Source: Blastocystis sp. Blastoise (taxonomy: Eukaryota > Protista > Bigyra: Opalinata). From it: DNA of 64,000 bases. Positions 23,801 through 38,465 of this stretch are shown one piece after another. Under the pieces are notes generated by a model. It did not search any database. It was not told where the DNA came from and saw only the letters and a list, made by a program, of their open reading frames with translations. The stretch spans positions 1,798,001-1,862,000 of the forward strand of contig JBBPEB010000015.1 in NCBI GenBank assembly GCA_039096225.1, written 5' to 3'. The stretch's first letter is position 1. The number at the start of each line of letters is the position of its first letter. The position numbers and the translations under genes are program-made.

Positions 23801-24979
23801 AATATAGTCTATTTATTCTTATAGACAACAAATTAAAAATAAAGATAAATTCATATTTAAAGTCAATTTTTTAGTCAAATACTAAAAATTTTCATAAATA
23901 TTCATTTTTAATTTTTTTAAAATTTTTTATTACTCAGTACTATAGTAACAAGTTTTAAACGTTATGTACTGAGCTATTGACACAACACTATTGTATCTGA
24001 CTACTTTCAAGTTTTAGAAAATTACTCATTTTTGTTGACTCTCTGATCTGTTGACTGACTCGTCTAAAAACTATTAATTTTGACTTAAAACATTTGTATA
24101 TTACATAATTAACTCTAAAAATGACTTTTTGAGAGACTTTTATTTGATTCTGAGAAAAAACAATTATTTAAAACTCTTTGACAATTTGTTTTTATGCGGA
24201 ACTTTAAGTCATGATAGAATAAAATGAAAAAAGTCTTTTAAAACTCTTCTGTCGTCTGATATATAACAAAATAAAAATAGACTCAGTTTTGAACAAGAAA
24301 AATATTCCCGTAAATATTTTAATAATTCAAAACTCTGGTCTGACTGCCCATGGAACAAATAGGCTCGGCTCTTTTTTCACTGTAAAAAATTTATAAATTT
24401 TTGACTTTTTGGCTGAATTTTGGTTTTGACCTGTAGAGGTCACTTCATTCAATTTTACACATACTTGTGACTCTGAGAGGGTCTTCACTTTAAACAGACC
24501 AACAAAAGGTTTTAAAATATTGACCCCATTATTTGTCGGAATTGCGACTTAAAACAAAAGAAAAACGTTTTGGATATTATGTGACCTTGTATAAATAAAA
24601 AATAATGCCAATACTTTGATAAAATATGCTTAACATGAATTTTAGAGTCTAATAAAAAATCAACTGAAAAAAAGTGTCAAAATTTTGTCAAAAATCACGA
24701 TTTTTGCCTAAGTCGCTGAAGAAAAGCTCTTTTCATTGGTGGAAAAAATTTTTAACTAAAATCAGCCAATCAAATGCATTTAAATGCTCAATTATCGCTG
24801 ATAGTGTAAACTACATGAACAATGCAATTATCCTTATATTTGAAACAATAATATTTTTTAAATATATTTTTTATATTCTGAATAAAGAAATATAATATAT
24901 AAATATATAAAAGAAAAGAAAAAGAAAATCAATATATATTAATAAATAATAGTATACAAATATATGAATAATGAATTGG

Positions 24980-25781
24980 TTAATTTGATATCGGTTCAAT
25001 ATTTGATAAAATCATTTTTAATTTACTATTCTGTTTAGCCTATAAATATAGATATATATATATATATAGAATAATATACGTCAATTTTTTTAATTTGAAT
25101 AATATTCATAAATGATTGATATATATATTGTTTTAATTGTATATATATATGAGGTCCCATTGTACATTGTAATGAAGTATTAAATGAAGTAAATGAATTT
25201 AATACTGTCGCTGATGTTGCTGAGGTGTCCATACACTAGAAGAATAGAAGAATAGAAGAAATAGAAGAAATAATATGTAATAATAATAAAAATAATTAAT
25301 AGTATTATATTATTATTATTGTTATGATTTTTATGATTTTTATGATTTTATGTTTATTATAATAATTATATATATATATATATACATTATTAACAAAGGT
25401 TTCTGTTTGTTCTTTGATTTGATCGATGATTTTTGACAATAATTGTATTTGTTGTTGTCTTATGTCTATTAATACACTTATATATATAACCCGAGGCTGA
25501 AGACGATCAGGAAGTCTAGAGGAAAGCAAGTATGTATATATATATATAAATAGATAATATATAGTAATATATAGATTAGAGATAATAATAATAATTATTA
25601 TTATATATATATATATTTACTTGTCTTTCATAATATATGAAATAATAAATAAATGATATATAATAAAATTATAATCATTATATAATAATAGATTTGCTTG
25701 TAATGGTCCAAAACTACCAAAACGTAAGGCCATATAGAGTGCAAGTATATCGTGAGTTGTATTTATTAATAAGCATCCTCT

Positions 25782-25824
<43 letters not shown>

Positions 25825-25956
25825 ATTGTATACTCTTCAGAGGCTGTTGTGGCTTCATTACAGAGATCATAGATAGATGAGATAAGAGTATATATACACT
25901 GACTAATCTATATATATATAGAGATAAAAAAACATATAATAATAATCATAATAATA

Positions 25957-25988
<32 letters not shown>

Positions 25989-26332
25989 CTTTACACTTGG
26001 GAAATATCATTTTTTCAGGAGATGGGCATATATGTTTATTAATATATTCATACATACTAATATTATCATCATTATATACTTTAGAATTAAATTCGACTTC
26101 TTTCATATATGTATATATATTAAATTTCTTATTTAAATTATCTTTATAATCATAAATATAACTATCATTTCCAGCATCTAAAAGAAGTTGGCGGGAATCA
26201 GATAATATATTTTCCCTCCTTTTTTCAAACCATAAATCTTCGAGATTTTCCAAATAATCGGATAAATAAGTTTCTGTAGTTGATATATATCCACAAGAAA
26301 CAAGAGATTTCTCAAAGGCAACACCCTATATA

Positions 26333-26365
<33 letters not shown>

Positions 26366-26769
26366 ATATATATATATATATACCTTTTGAATTTCTAGTT
26401 TGAAATTATCTAATAAACTGATATCAGAAGGAAGTTTTGACTATATATAACAAGAAATAAAAGGAGTATATATATATATTTATAATAATAATAATATATT
26501 AAGCATATATAAACAAAAATATATATATACTTTAATATAATTTTGTAATATTTCTGCGAGTTTTACATCTCCCTCCCAAAGCACGTGACCAATAGCAGCA
26601 GCTCCCTCCTTATCCTCCAATAGAATTTCAGTATATAAGAACTCAAAAACTTGAGTTAACGCATCAAAAGATACAATATTATTTTCTTCTTTATTTTTAT
26701 GAATTGCTAATGATGATTTTGTTCCATCATGTGATATATTCACAATTACCTATATATATAAATATATTA

Positions 26770-26839
<70 letters not shown>

Positions 26840-27098
26840 TTGTCCATTATTAAGAATGCCTTGCAGTAATTGAGTATGAATCTGATTGGCCATTCGTATC
26901 ATTTCTGATGAATATAAATCTATAGAATATATAATAATATATAATATATAATAATATATAATATAATATAATAATAATATATATATAATATATAACATAT
27001 ATATATACCTCTTTGTTTAAATAGATTCCAAAGGGAATGAAGAGACAGAGGATGACTCGAATGAATATGACCAGGAACACCTATATATATAATAATAA

Positions 27099-27141
<43 letters not shown>

Positions 27142-27214
27142 AATAGATAAATGAATATTTAAATAAATAAAATATAAATAAATAAATAAATAAATAAAAT
27201 AAATAAATAAATAA

Positions 27215-27266
<52 letters not shown>

Positions 27267-27968
27267 ATACCTTTAATTTCAGTTTCTATTTCAATTGAAT
27301 TTTCATATATTTTCAGTGCTTCTGAAAGTAGTTGAACTAATCTTGTTTCAAATTTCGATGCATTTCGTTTATATGCATTTGTTAATAATATTATTATTTT
27401 AGGTACATCGGGTATTAAAGAACGTAATTCAAGAAGTGCTTTATAAGCTTCTGTTAACTTTTCATTTGATTGTTCATAATTACCGATATGTAATTGATCT
27501 TCTAAACTAGACATATTGTCATGAACAAGCGTATATAAATCTAAAATTCGAATCACTTCTTGAGAATTATCACTTTCTGAAATAATATTGTCAATAACTT
27601 TATTATTCTCATCAAGGTTCTTCATCTTCTCAATCTATATAAATGAAAAAAATAATGATTATTTTTAAAAACAACAAAAATGTGAATCATTATACGTACT
27701 TGGTCGGAATCTATTGATTGTAATTTATTATATTCATCTCTTAGATCAATAAATTCACGAATAACACTATCAGGATTCTTATAAGATACTTTATCAGAAG
27801 AAAAGAATTCTTGAACAATAGATTCAAATTTAACCTATATAAACGATATTGTTTATTTCTTCGTAATCATTCAAAGCATATTGAATATGTTATATATACT
27901 TTAGCTTCTGATAATTCCTTAGACAATTGACTTATAGTTTCATCAAGAGGTTTCTTTTCAATAGACAT
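24980..27968 (-). CDS. ZW10: Centromere/kinetochore protein ZW10 homolog (RZZ/NRZ complexes), multi-exon
   Basis: Helical protein with LWFEKRRENILSDSRQLL, IFPKCKIS and LLYNDYNFIIYHL, matching ZW10 middle and C-terminal blocks. Exons join in frame; stop at 24980-82. Confidence 0.75.
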
Positions 27969-28961
27969 TCTCTTTTATACAGTATATTGTATTAAAAAAC
28001 AAAGTAATCTATTAAATTGACTTCTATAACAAAGAAAATAGTTTTTTCGTGAATACTTTTTGATAATCATGATTATTCGTTTTTTTAAGAAATGAAAAAC
28101 TCCCTACCCTTGAGCATTAAAGAAGTATCTATTTTGGATTAGATATCTTTGTTGTTCGCCTAAAATAATTTTTAAATAGGGATTTCTTCATTATATTTTT
28201 TCTCATTATTGATTGAGATTGTGGCGTTGATGTCATTCTATAATTATTTTTCGTTATATAGCCATTCTCTGGAGTATTATCATTAAGCAGTAAGATCATA
28301 TAAACACTCATTTACTTGAAATTGTTCATTTATATGGAAATAATGAGTTTAAATGAAACGTTTGTTTATATCTGATATTTTATGGACTTCTTCGGCTATT
28401 ATAAGTATAGTGTATTGTAATTTTTAATCAAATGTTACACTTAAAAATACAATATTCCCTTTAGAACATAATTTTTAAATACTTACACATTAACATACAT
28501 ATATGAATATACCTCTGGAGTATATCATAGCCATAAGAAACGATTAAAATGAAAGAAATATTATGAGATGGAAAAAAATCATTTTTTGCCTAGAGTTATC
28601 AAAAAAACAACGATTATTTTCTTATATTTTCATACCTTCACTTATTGTCTTAGAACAAACATACAAATAAACAAAACACATTTATTTTATGAATAATTTA
28701 AAGTCATACCCAAAACATAATATGTAAATATTTAATATTATGTTTGAAAATAAATAAAAATATAATTTTTCGTTAAAAACTATGAAAATAAGATTAATAT
28801 ATATTGAATAGTATATATATAAAATAGAATATAATGCAAAAAAAAGATGTTTGTTAAAAGCAACAATTAGTTATAGAAAGAATTCATTTAGAAAAAAAGT
28901 AAAAAAAATAATAATTCCTGAATATGAATATATTAGGATTAAAAGTTAATTGCCTCTAATT

Positions 28962-30935
28962 TTAAAGTTCATCATCATCATCGCTACCTTCAGAAGCGTT
29001 TTCAGATCCAGCTTGTTCACCAGGTTGTCCTTGTTGATAGAATTTAGACATAATAGGATTAGCAATAGCTTCTAAGTCTTTCTTCTTTTCTTCTAATTCT
29101 TCAGCAGTAGCAGATTCATTATCTTCTAACCAATCTAAAGTTTCCTTGACAGCATCTTCAATAGTCTTCTTATCTTCAGCACTAATCTTATCAGCAACAC
29201 CCTTTTCTTTATCAGAAACAGTATTCTTTAATTGATAAGCATATCCTTCAAGAGCATTACGTTTTTCAACTTTTTCACGAGCTTCTTTATCTTCATTAGC
29301 ATATTGTTCAGCTTCTTGAACCATTCTTTCAATTTCATCATCAGATAATCTACCCTTATCAGCAGTAATAGTAATCTTTTCAGATTTACCAGTACCCTTA
29401 TCTTCAGCAGATACTTGAAGAATACCATTAGCATCAATTTCAAAAGTAACTTCAATTTGAGGAGTACCACGAGGAGCAGGAGGAATACCAGATAATTCAA
29501 ATTGACCTAATTTATGATTATCTTTAGTCATAGAACGTTCACCTTCATAAACTTGAATTAAAACACCAGGTTGATTATCTTGATAAGTAGAGAATACTTG
29601 ACTCTTCTTAGTAGGAATAACACTGTTTCTCTTAATAAGAACAGTCATAACTCCACCAACAGTTTCAATACCAAGAGAAAGAGGAGCAACATCAAGAAGT
29701 AATAAATCTTTAGTTTCTTCAGCAGCAGAACCAGAAAGAATACCTCCTTGAACAGCAGCACCATAAGCAACAGCTTCATCAGGATTAATACCTCTATTAA
29801 GTTCTTTACCATTGAAATAATCCTTTAAAAGTTCTTGTACTTTAGGAATACGAGTAGAACCACCAACTAAGACAATTTCATCAATATCCTTCTTCTTAAG
29901 ATCAGCATCAGCTAAAACTTTTTCTACAGGCTTAAGAGTCTTCTTAAATAAATCAAGATTAAGTTTTTCAAAACGAGCACGAGTTAAAGTATCAGAGAAA
30001 TCAATACCATCAACAAGACCTTCAATTTCAAGACGAGCTTGATGTTGAGTAGATAAAACTCTCTTCACACGTTCAACTTCCTTACGAAGTTTTTGTACAG
30101 CACGTTTATCATTAGAAATATCTTTTTCATACTTCTTCTTAATAATCTTCATAAAATAATGCATAACAATTTGATCAAAATCTTCACCACCTAAATGAGT
30201 ATCACCATTAGTAGCTAAAACTTCAAAAACACCATTATCAATAGTTAAAACAGTAACATCAAAGGTACCACCACCAAGATCAAAAACAAGAATATTCTTT
30301 TCACCTTCTTTCTTATCTAAACCATAAGCAATAGCAGCAGCAGTAGGTTCATTAATAATACGTAAAACATTAAGACCAGCAATAGTACCAGCATCCTTAG
30401 TAGCTTGTCTTTGAGCATCATTGAAATAAGCAGGAACAGTAACAACAGCATTCTTAATATCAGTACCTAAATAAGCTTCAGCAATTTGCTTCATCTTACT
30501 TAAAACCATAGCAGAAATTTCTTCAGGAGAGAAGTTACGTTCACCTTGATTAGTTTGAACTTTAATAGAAGGTTTTCCATTCTTATCTTCAAGATGGAAA
30601 GGCCACATCTTCTTATCCTTTTGAACAGTTTCATCATTAAAGTTACGACCAATAAGACGCTTGACATCAAATACAGTACGTTCAGGATTAATAGTAGCTT
30701 GATTCTTAGCAGCATCACCTATCATTCTTTCATTATCATCCCAAGCTACATAAGAAGGAGTAATACGATTACCTTGTTCGTTAGGAATAATTTCTACTTG
30801 GCCATCCTTGAAAACACCTACACAAGAATAAGTAGTACCTAAATCGATACCAATAACATGACCAAGAGATTGCTCTTCTTCAGCATAAGCAGCAAATATT
30901 AAAGCTGCAAATAATATAAAGAAAATATTCTTCAT
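28962..30935 (-). CDS. HSPA5: ER luminal Hsp70 BiP/GRP78, intronless
   Basis: Signal peptide [18 protein letters not shown] (ATG at 30935; the ORF-track start is a TTG), [23 protein letters not shown] and C-terminal DDEL ER-retention signal. Confidence 0.97.
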   Translation of the reverse strand: MKNIFFILFAALIFAAYAEEEQSLGHVIGIDLGTTYSCVGVFKDGQVEIIPNEQGNRITPSYVAWDDNERMIGDAAKNQATINPERTVFDVKRLIGRNFNDETVQKDKKMWPFHLEDKNGKPSIKVQTNQGERNFSPEEISAMVLSKMKQIAEAYLGTDIKNAVVTVPAYFNDAQRQATKDAGTIAGLNVLRIINEPTAAAIAYGLDKKEGEKNILVFDLGGGTFDVTVLTIDNGVFEVLATNGDTHLGGEDFDQIVMHYFMKIIKKKYEKDISNDKRAVQKLRKEVERVKRVLSTQHQARLEIEGLVDGIDFSDTLTRARFEKLNLDLFKKTLKPVEKVLADADLKKKDIDEIVLVGGSTRIPKVQELLKDYFNGKELNRGINPDEAVAYGAAVQGGILSGSAAEETKDLLLLDVAPLSLGIETVGGVMTVLIKRNSVIPTKKSQVFSTYQDNQPGVLIQVYEGERSMTKDNHKLGQFELSGIPPAPRGTPQIEVTFEIDANGILQVSAEDKGTGKSEKITITADKGRLSDDEIERMVQEAEQYANEDKEAREKVEKRNALEGYAYQLKNTVSDKEKGVADKISAEDKKTIEDAVKETLDWLEDNESATAEELEEKKKDLEAIANPIMSKFYQQGQPGEQAGSENASEGSDDDDEL

Positions 30936-31075
30936 TATGTTAAATAACAAAATTAATATAACAAAAAAACAATTTCAATTTTATGTAATGAAAACAGATA
31001 TTCCTAGACGTTTCCATAATAAGAGACCATATAAATGGAAGAAGCTTCCTACTTCCGTTTTATGATACTTTTTCC

Positions 31076-31093
31076 TTCTAGAATTTTCGAGAA
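31076..31093. promoter_or_regulatory. Heat-shock element (four alternating nGAAn units) upstream of BiP
   Basis: TTCtaGAAttTTCgaGAA lies ~140 bp upstream of the BiP ATG, with an extra GAAgcTTC at 31041-31048. Confidence 0.8.
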
Positions 31094-31129
31094 ATGTGTT
31101 TTTTAATCGCGGGAATTTTCTTATTGACC

Positions 31130-32484
31130 TTGGCCAGACTAAATTGCGCTATTAAATATTCTCGGTTCTGGCGGATATTTTAAACCAGAAAATGACAAAA
31201 AAAACGCAGTGAAAAAATCGATCTTATCACGATTATAAAGTAGTTATTTCTGACAATTTTTTAAAAACAAAAAATCGAGGTACAAAAACACGTTTTTTGC
31301 TATTTTAAGGGCAAAATTATTTGAATATAAAAGAAATTATATTTTTATTTATATATATATGTTATTTAAATTATAAGAAAAGTGAGATATGAATCATAAC
31401 ATTAAAAATAAATGAGATATTAAGAAAAGTCTATAATCATTAAAAAAGTAAAATTATAGAGAAAAAAAGTTAATAAACCTGGGAATGCTAAAAAAATTCT
31501 TTTTTTTCCATATTATTTAATTCTCTATTTTAGATTAATAACAGAAAAAAACTATTTAAATTTAATTAATTCAGATATTATTATATGTATATATTTGTGG
31601 AAAAATATCATTTAAAGCTATAAACGTTATTTTCTAAGAATCAATACAATTATGTTTATAAAATGCATTATTCGTGTATAATCAGCAAAGTATTATTACT
31701 AAGACTACATATATTAAAATATTTTATTAAAAAGTCCGTGTTTTCTGAATACTCAAAATGAGAAATAAATCGGTTTTATTCCTAAGAAATGTCTCAGTGT
31801 TTCTTAAACAACGATTTAAACACGTAAATGTTGCCATTTATTAATTCACATTATATTCACATATACACAAAATAGTTTTTTAGTTGCAATTTGTTTTAAA
31901 TAAATATTTTAAAAATACACATCTTGTTAATTATGCTTGAATAGTCATATTTTATAAACATAATTGTATTGATTCTTAGAAAATAACGTTTATAGCTTTA
32001 AATGATATTTTTCCACAAATATATACATATAATAATATCTGAATTAATTAAATTTAAATAGTTTTTTTCTGTTATTAATCTAAAATAGAGAATTAAATAA
32101 TATGGGAAAAAAAGAATTTTTTTAGCATTCCCAGGTTTATTAACTTTTTTTCTCTATAATTTTACTTTTTTAATGATTATAGACTTTTCTTAATATCTCA
32201 TTTATTTTTAATGTTATGATTCATATCTCACTTTTCTTATAATTTAAATAACATATATATATAAATAAAAATATAATTTCTTTTATATTCAAACGTCTTT
32301 GCCCTTAAAATAGCAAAAAACGATTTTTGTACCTCGATTTTTATTTTTGAAAAATGATCAAAAGAATACTACTTTATAATCGTGATAAAACCAATTTTTT
32401 CACTGGCTTTTTTTTGTTATCTTTCTGGTTAGTAGTATCCGCCAGAAACCGAGAACAGTTAATAGCGCAATTTAGTCTGGCCAA
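31130..32484. mobile_element. Foldback/MITE-like non-autonomous DNA transposon, 1,355 bp, ~535-bp inverted arms, 8-bp TSD
   Basis: Arms 31130-31664 and 31949-32484 are reverse complements with termini TTGGCCAGACTAAATTGCGCTATTAA. TATTGACC directly flanks both sides (31122-31129, 32485-32492). No ORF of note. Confidence 0.9.
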
Positions 32485-33196
32485 TATTGACCTATCAATG
32501 AAGAAGTTGATTGGATGAACAATAATTTCATCAATCCACAGGATTCCGTTTTTATTCTTTATCACATATAGAAATATATTCTTTATCTGGATTCTTCTAG
32601 TATTTTTTAAATAGTGATAGAAGTACTGTTTGATTCAACAAGCATAAAACTGAAAGAACTGGAAGTTAATAATGGTCATCATTGTTTCATCATTGCATAA
32701 AAAGTCAACTTATTTGCTTTCTTTGTTTATAATGAATGATGGCTTAGCAAAAATTAATAAATTCTGAAGTAGATAATATTTATAGACACTATCTACTTTT
32801 TACAATTTACTTATTTATTCCGTATATTGATTTAATTGCATTGTGAAACTATTTGTATGTTGTTTCAAATGATAAATTTTATTGTATTATCAAATTACTT
32901 TTTGTCATGAACTATTTTTGTTGTCTATGGTATTAAAAAATAATATTTTGAAGATGAGATATCAGGTTTAATAAAATTGATATGTATATATAATAAAAAT
33001 AGTGAAATGATTGTCATCATAAGTAAAAAAAGTTAATATTATGACAGTGTACAAAGCTATAGCACTAACTTCTCAATAAAGCTACTTAAATAAAATAGTA
33101 TTTAATTCTAAGAAATGATCAATACAACACTTTTCAAGAAAAAGAACTGAAATGTTTTCAGAAAGAAAATCACTGATTTTCTTTCTGCTTTTCTTC

Positions 33197-35940
33197 ATGT
33201 CTCGATTCTTTTCTCAAATAAAGAAGCTTGATCTGTTTAGGTATTTTCTGACAACAACATGTTGATTATTAAAATTAGAAAAACACCGACAGACATTACT
33301 GAGGGTTCTATTTATGGAGCTATTTTGTCTATATTATGTGTAATTTGTTGTGGTTTCCTTGTAGTATCAGAGTTTAACCATTATATATCTCCTGATGTTG
33401 TCACAGAATACAGGATTGAGCAATATGAAAATGACCATATCATGATCAACTTTGATATCACGCTACCTCAATTGTCTTGTGATGTTGCTTCTTTAGATGT
33501 TGTGAATCAAATGGGTACTCATCAAATCAATGTTACTCAGAATATCCGTCGTTGGCAAGTCTATGATAATGGTTTCCAAAAGGAAATTACTCCAAGTATA
33601 CTGTTATTCTTGTGTTATTATAATAATTATTATATTTATATTATAATTATTATAATTATTCTATTTATTCTATTTATTCTATTTATTCTATTTATTCTAT
33701 TTATTCTATTTATTCTATTTATTCTATTTATTCTATTTATTATACTTATATTATAATTATTATTATATTTATTCTATTTATTGAAAAATAATATATTTCT
33801 ATAACAATTACCATAATTATCTATATATAGTTACTATTCATGAAGAATATGCTAGTCGGGAGAATATATTAAAAGAGCATTATGCAGTAAAGATTGCAGG
33901 TCATGATGAATATAATGAGTTTATTATGTCTAAATATGTGGTATTAGTTGAATTCTTTGCTCCTTGGTGTCATTGGTGTTTAGCTCTTGCTCCTGTGTAT
34001 GAAATGCTAGCACAAGAAGTCAAACAAGGAGAATGGAATCAATTTGTTGCTATTGGAAAAGTATTTTGTTTATTATCATATGATTATTATTTTATATTTA
34101 TTTTTCTATTTATTTTTATTATTCTATTTATTACTATCTTTATTTTTATTATTATTCTATAATGTTCAAATAATTTTTCTATATTTTTTTTTATTTATAT
34201 TTTTTTTGACAATATTTTATTATAATATATATCTTTTATTTATATATATTTTTTATTACCATTATAGTCTATTATTATTATTCTAGGTAGATTGTACAAA
34301 TCCTAAAACTACATATATCTGTACAAATAACCATGTTCGTGCATATCCTACTGTTATTGCGTATCTTATTTATTATTTATTGATTACTACTATTGTTTAT
34401 ACAATCGAAATATATATATATATATAATATTTTCTTATTTATTATATAATGTATTCCTCTACTAGAAGCATTACCTCTCATTCATTACTTATCCCTATAT
34501 AGTTTCACTTCACGATTAGAACCTAAATTCCAGCATTACCACGGGGATCGTTCAATCGAATCATTTAAACAATTTATAAGTCTTTTAATCCAGCAAACCC
34601 AAGTAGCTATAGCTTCTTCTCTTCCTGCTAGTCCTTCTACAAATCATACCATAGTTGCTTCGTCAGAAGGATGTAGAATGCAAGGAAATATTGTAGTTCC
34701 TCGTATGGCAGGTAATTTCCATATTTCTTGTCATAATTCCCGTGATTATGTCATTCCTAGTGCTGTGAATGTGAACCATATTGTATATCTAGTCTATTAT
34801 TTGTTATATATATAGTTAATTTCTATAATTTTAATATATTATATATTGTTAATTTGTATTATTTGTATATATATTATATTGTTAATCTCTATTATTTGTA
34901 ATATATATTATATATTGTTCATTTCTATTATTTGTAATATATATTATATATTGTTAATCTCTATTATTTTTAATATATTATATATATATATATATATATT
35001 AGGTTCATTCGTTAACATTTGGTAATCCTATTAATGATGCTGCAATCCCCAAATATCTCACCAAAGGCATCTATATTATATTTTTATATATATATTGTTC
35101 TCTTATCTATAATTCTTTTTTTCTTATCTCATTTTTTATCTCTGTATTATCTTATATAATAAAATTTATATATATATAGGTTTAAATACATTAAAAGATC
35201 GTAAATTTGAGAATGCTCAAGAAAATGCTACGATGCAGCATATTATTAAAGTTATTCCTACTAAATGGCAACCTTTTCAAAAAGCATCAAAACTATTTTA
35301 TCAATATACTGTCGATAGGTATTATTATTATTTATTTATTTTGTGTATACACTAAATATTATTTTATATTTATTATTTATTTATTTTGTGTATACACTAA
35401 ATATTATTTTATATTTATTATTTATTTATTTTGTATATACACTAAATTTTTTTTTTATTTATTATTTATTTGTTTTGTATACACTAAATATTATCTTATA
35501 TTTATTATTTATTTATTTTGTGTATACACTAAATATTATCTTATATTTATTATTATTCTTATCGTTATTATTATTAATATTATTTCAAAACACCATTATA
35601 TATAGTGGTGTAGCCATATCTCATGATGAAATGCCTGAAGCAGTTTTTTCCTTTGATTTTAATCCTATTTCATTATATATTTATACAAAGAGAATACCTT
35701 TTTATCATTTTATCACCAGTCTATTTGCTATAGTTGGTGGATTTGTTGCTATGATCTCTTTTATTGATGCAGTCATTTACACAAGTATATCTCTTTTTGT
35801 TTTATACCTGTATTCTCATTACTGTCTATAGAAACACTTTAATTTCTTTATCTTCTCACTATTCTTCAAATCATTAATATCTCATTTGTATAGGTATCGA
35901 CAACTTACAAGAGAAAATTGACCTTGGGAAAATAGAATAA
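33197..35940 (+). CDS. PDI-C-type protein: ERGIC_N + thioredoxin + COPII-coated ERV domain (plant PDIL5-3/5-4-like), multi-exon
   Basis: IKKLDLFRKTPTDITEGS, INFDITLPQLSCDVASLDV, FFAPWCHWC, EGCRMQGNIVVPRMAGNFHIS, FYHFITSLFAIVGG and C-terminal KIDLGKIE. Confidence 0.88.
35320..35550. repeat. ~44-bp intronic minisatellite, ~5 copies
   Basis: Repeated unit ...TTATTTTGTGTATACACTAAATATTAT... Confidence 0.9.
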
Positions 35941-36536
35941 AAGAAATTGTTCTAAATCCTTTTTTATTGTTTTCAAATCTATAATTCTCTTTTATTTTGT
36001 TGTTTCACTGTTCATCTTATTTAGTATTTAAACATATTTTCTTAGTTCAAATATAATTTATGTGACATAAGAACATCATGACACTTGATCTACTCGTAAT
36101 ATCTATTTTTTTCGCATCATATATCTCTTCTTTACATGTATAATAAATATAATTCTGCTAATAAGCAATGTGTAAGAAGTATACCTCAAATGAAAATGGT
36201 TGGATATCAGCTTTTGTATATTCATGATTCTTACCGAAAAATCATTGAGAAATTCATTATTTCTATAAAACAAAAAAAAACAACAACAATTTTATTTCAT
36301 TTATAATAGATTTTTCTACGATTGGTCATCGTTTACGAATACATCAATCGTCTCCATTAGTACTGATGACACAGCATGATTCACCTTCCAACCACCCAAT
36401 TATGGGTCAATTTCTTCAATGTTGTTCCCTATTTTTAAAATGGAAAAGTCTTTTTCCTTCCTCATAAATAAAAAGAGCCACTCTTTCATATTTTATTAAA
36501 TATCATATATTATTTTTTTAAATTTGAACTTTTAAA

Positions 36537-38253
<1,717 letters not shown>

Positions 38254-38465
38254 ATAAAACAAAATTATTGTTTACCTTGATCACCTGATGATTTTAATGT
38301 GTTATATGTGTATACTTTTTCTATTTTTTCTTCTTTATTTTTTTGTTTTGTTAGATAGCAAATAATTCTTATAAACAGCATACTTATAAAATATCAAAAC
38401 AATTGTTTTCAAAAAAATTTTTCTGAGTACACAAAAGAATTTTTTAAACAGCAAATAAAACCAAT

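Noticed and set aside
31130-32484. Centromere-like inverted repeat
   Set aside because: The exact 8-bp flanking duplication points to a transposon insertion, and nothing in the sequence supports centromere function.
34361-34503. Second U12-type intron (donor GTATCTTA) in PDI-C
   Set aside because: The donor only partly fits and there is no convincing U12 branch site near the acceptor.
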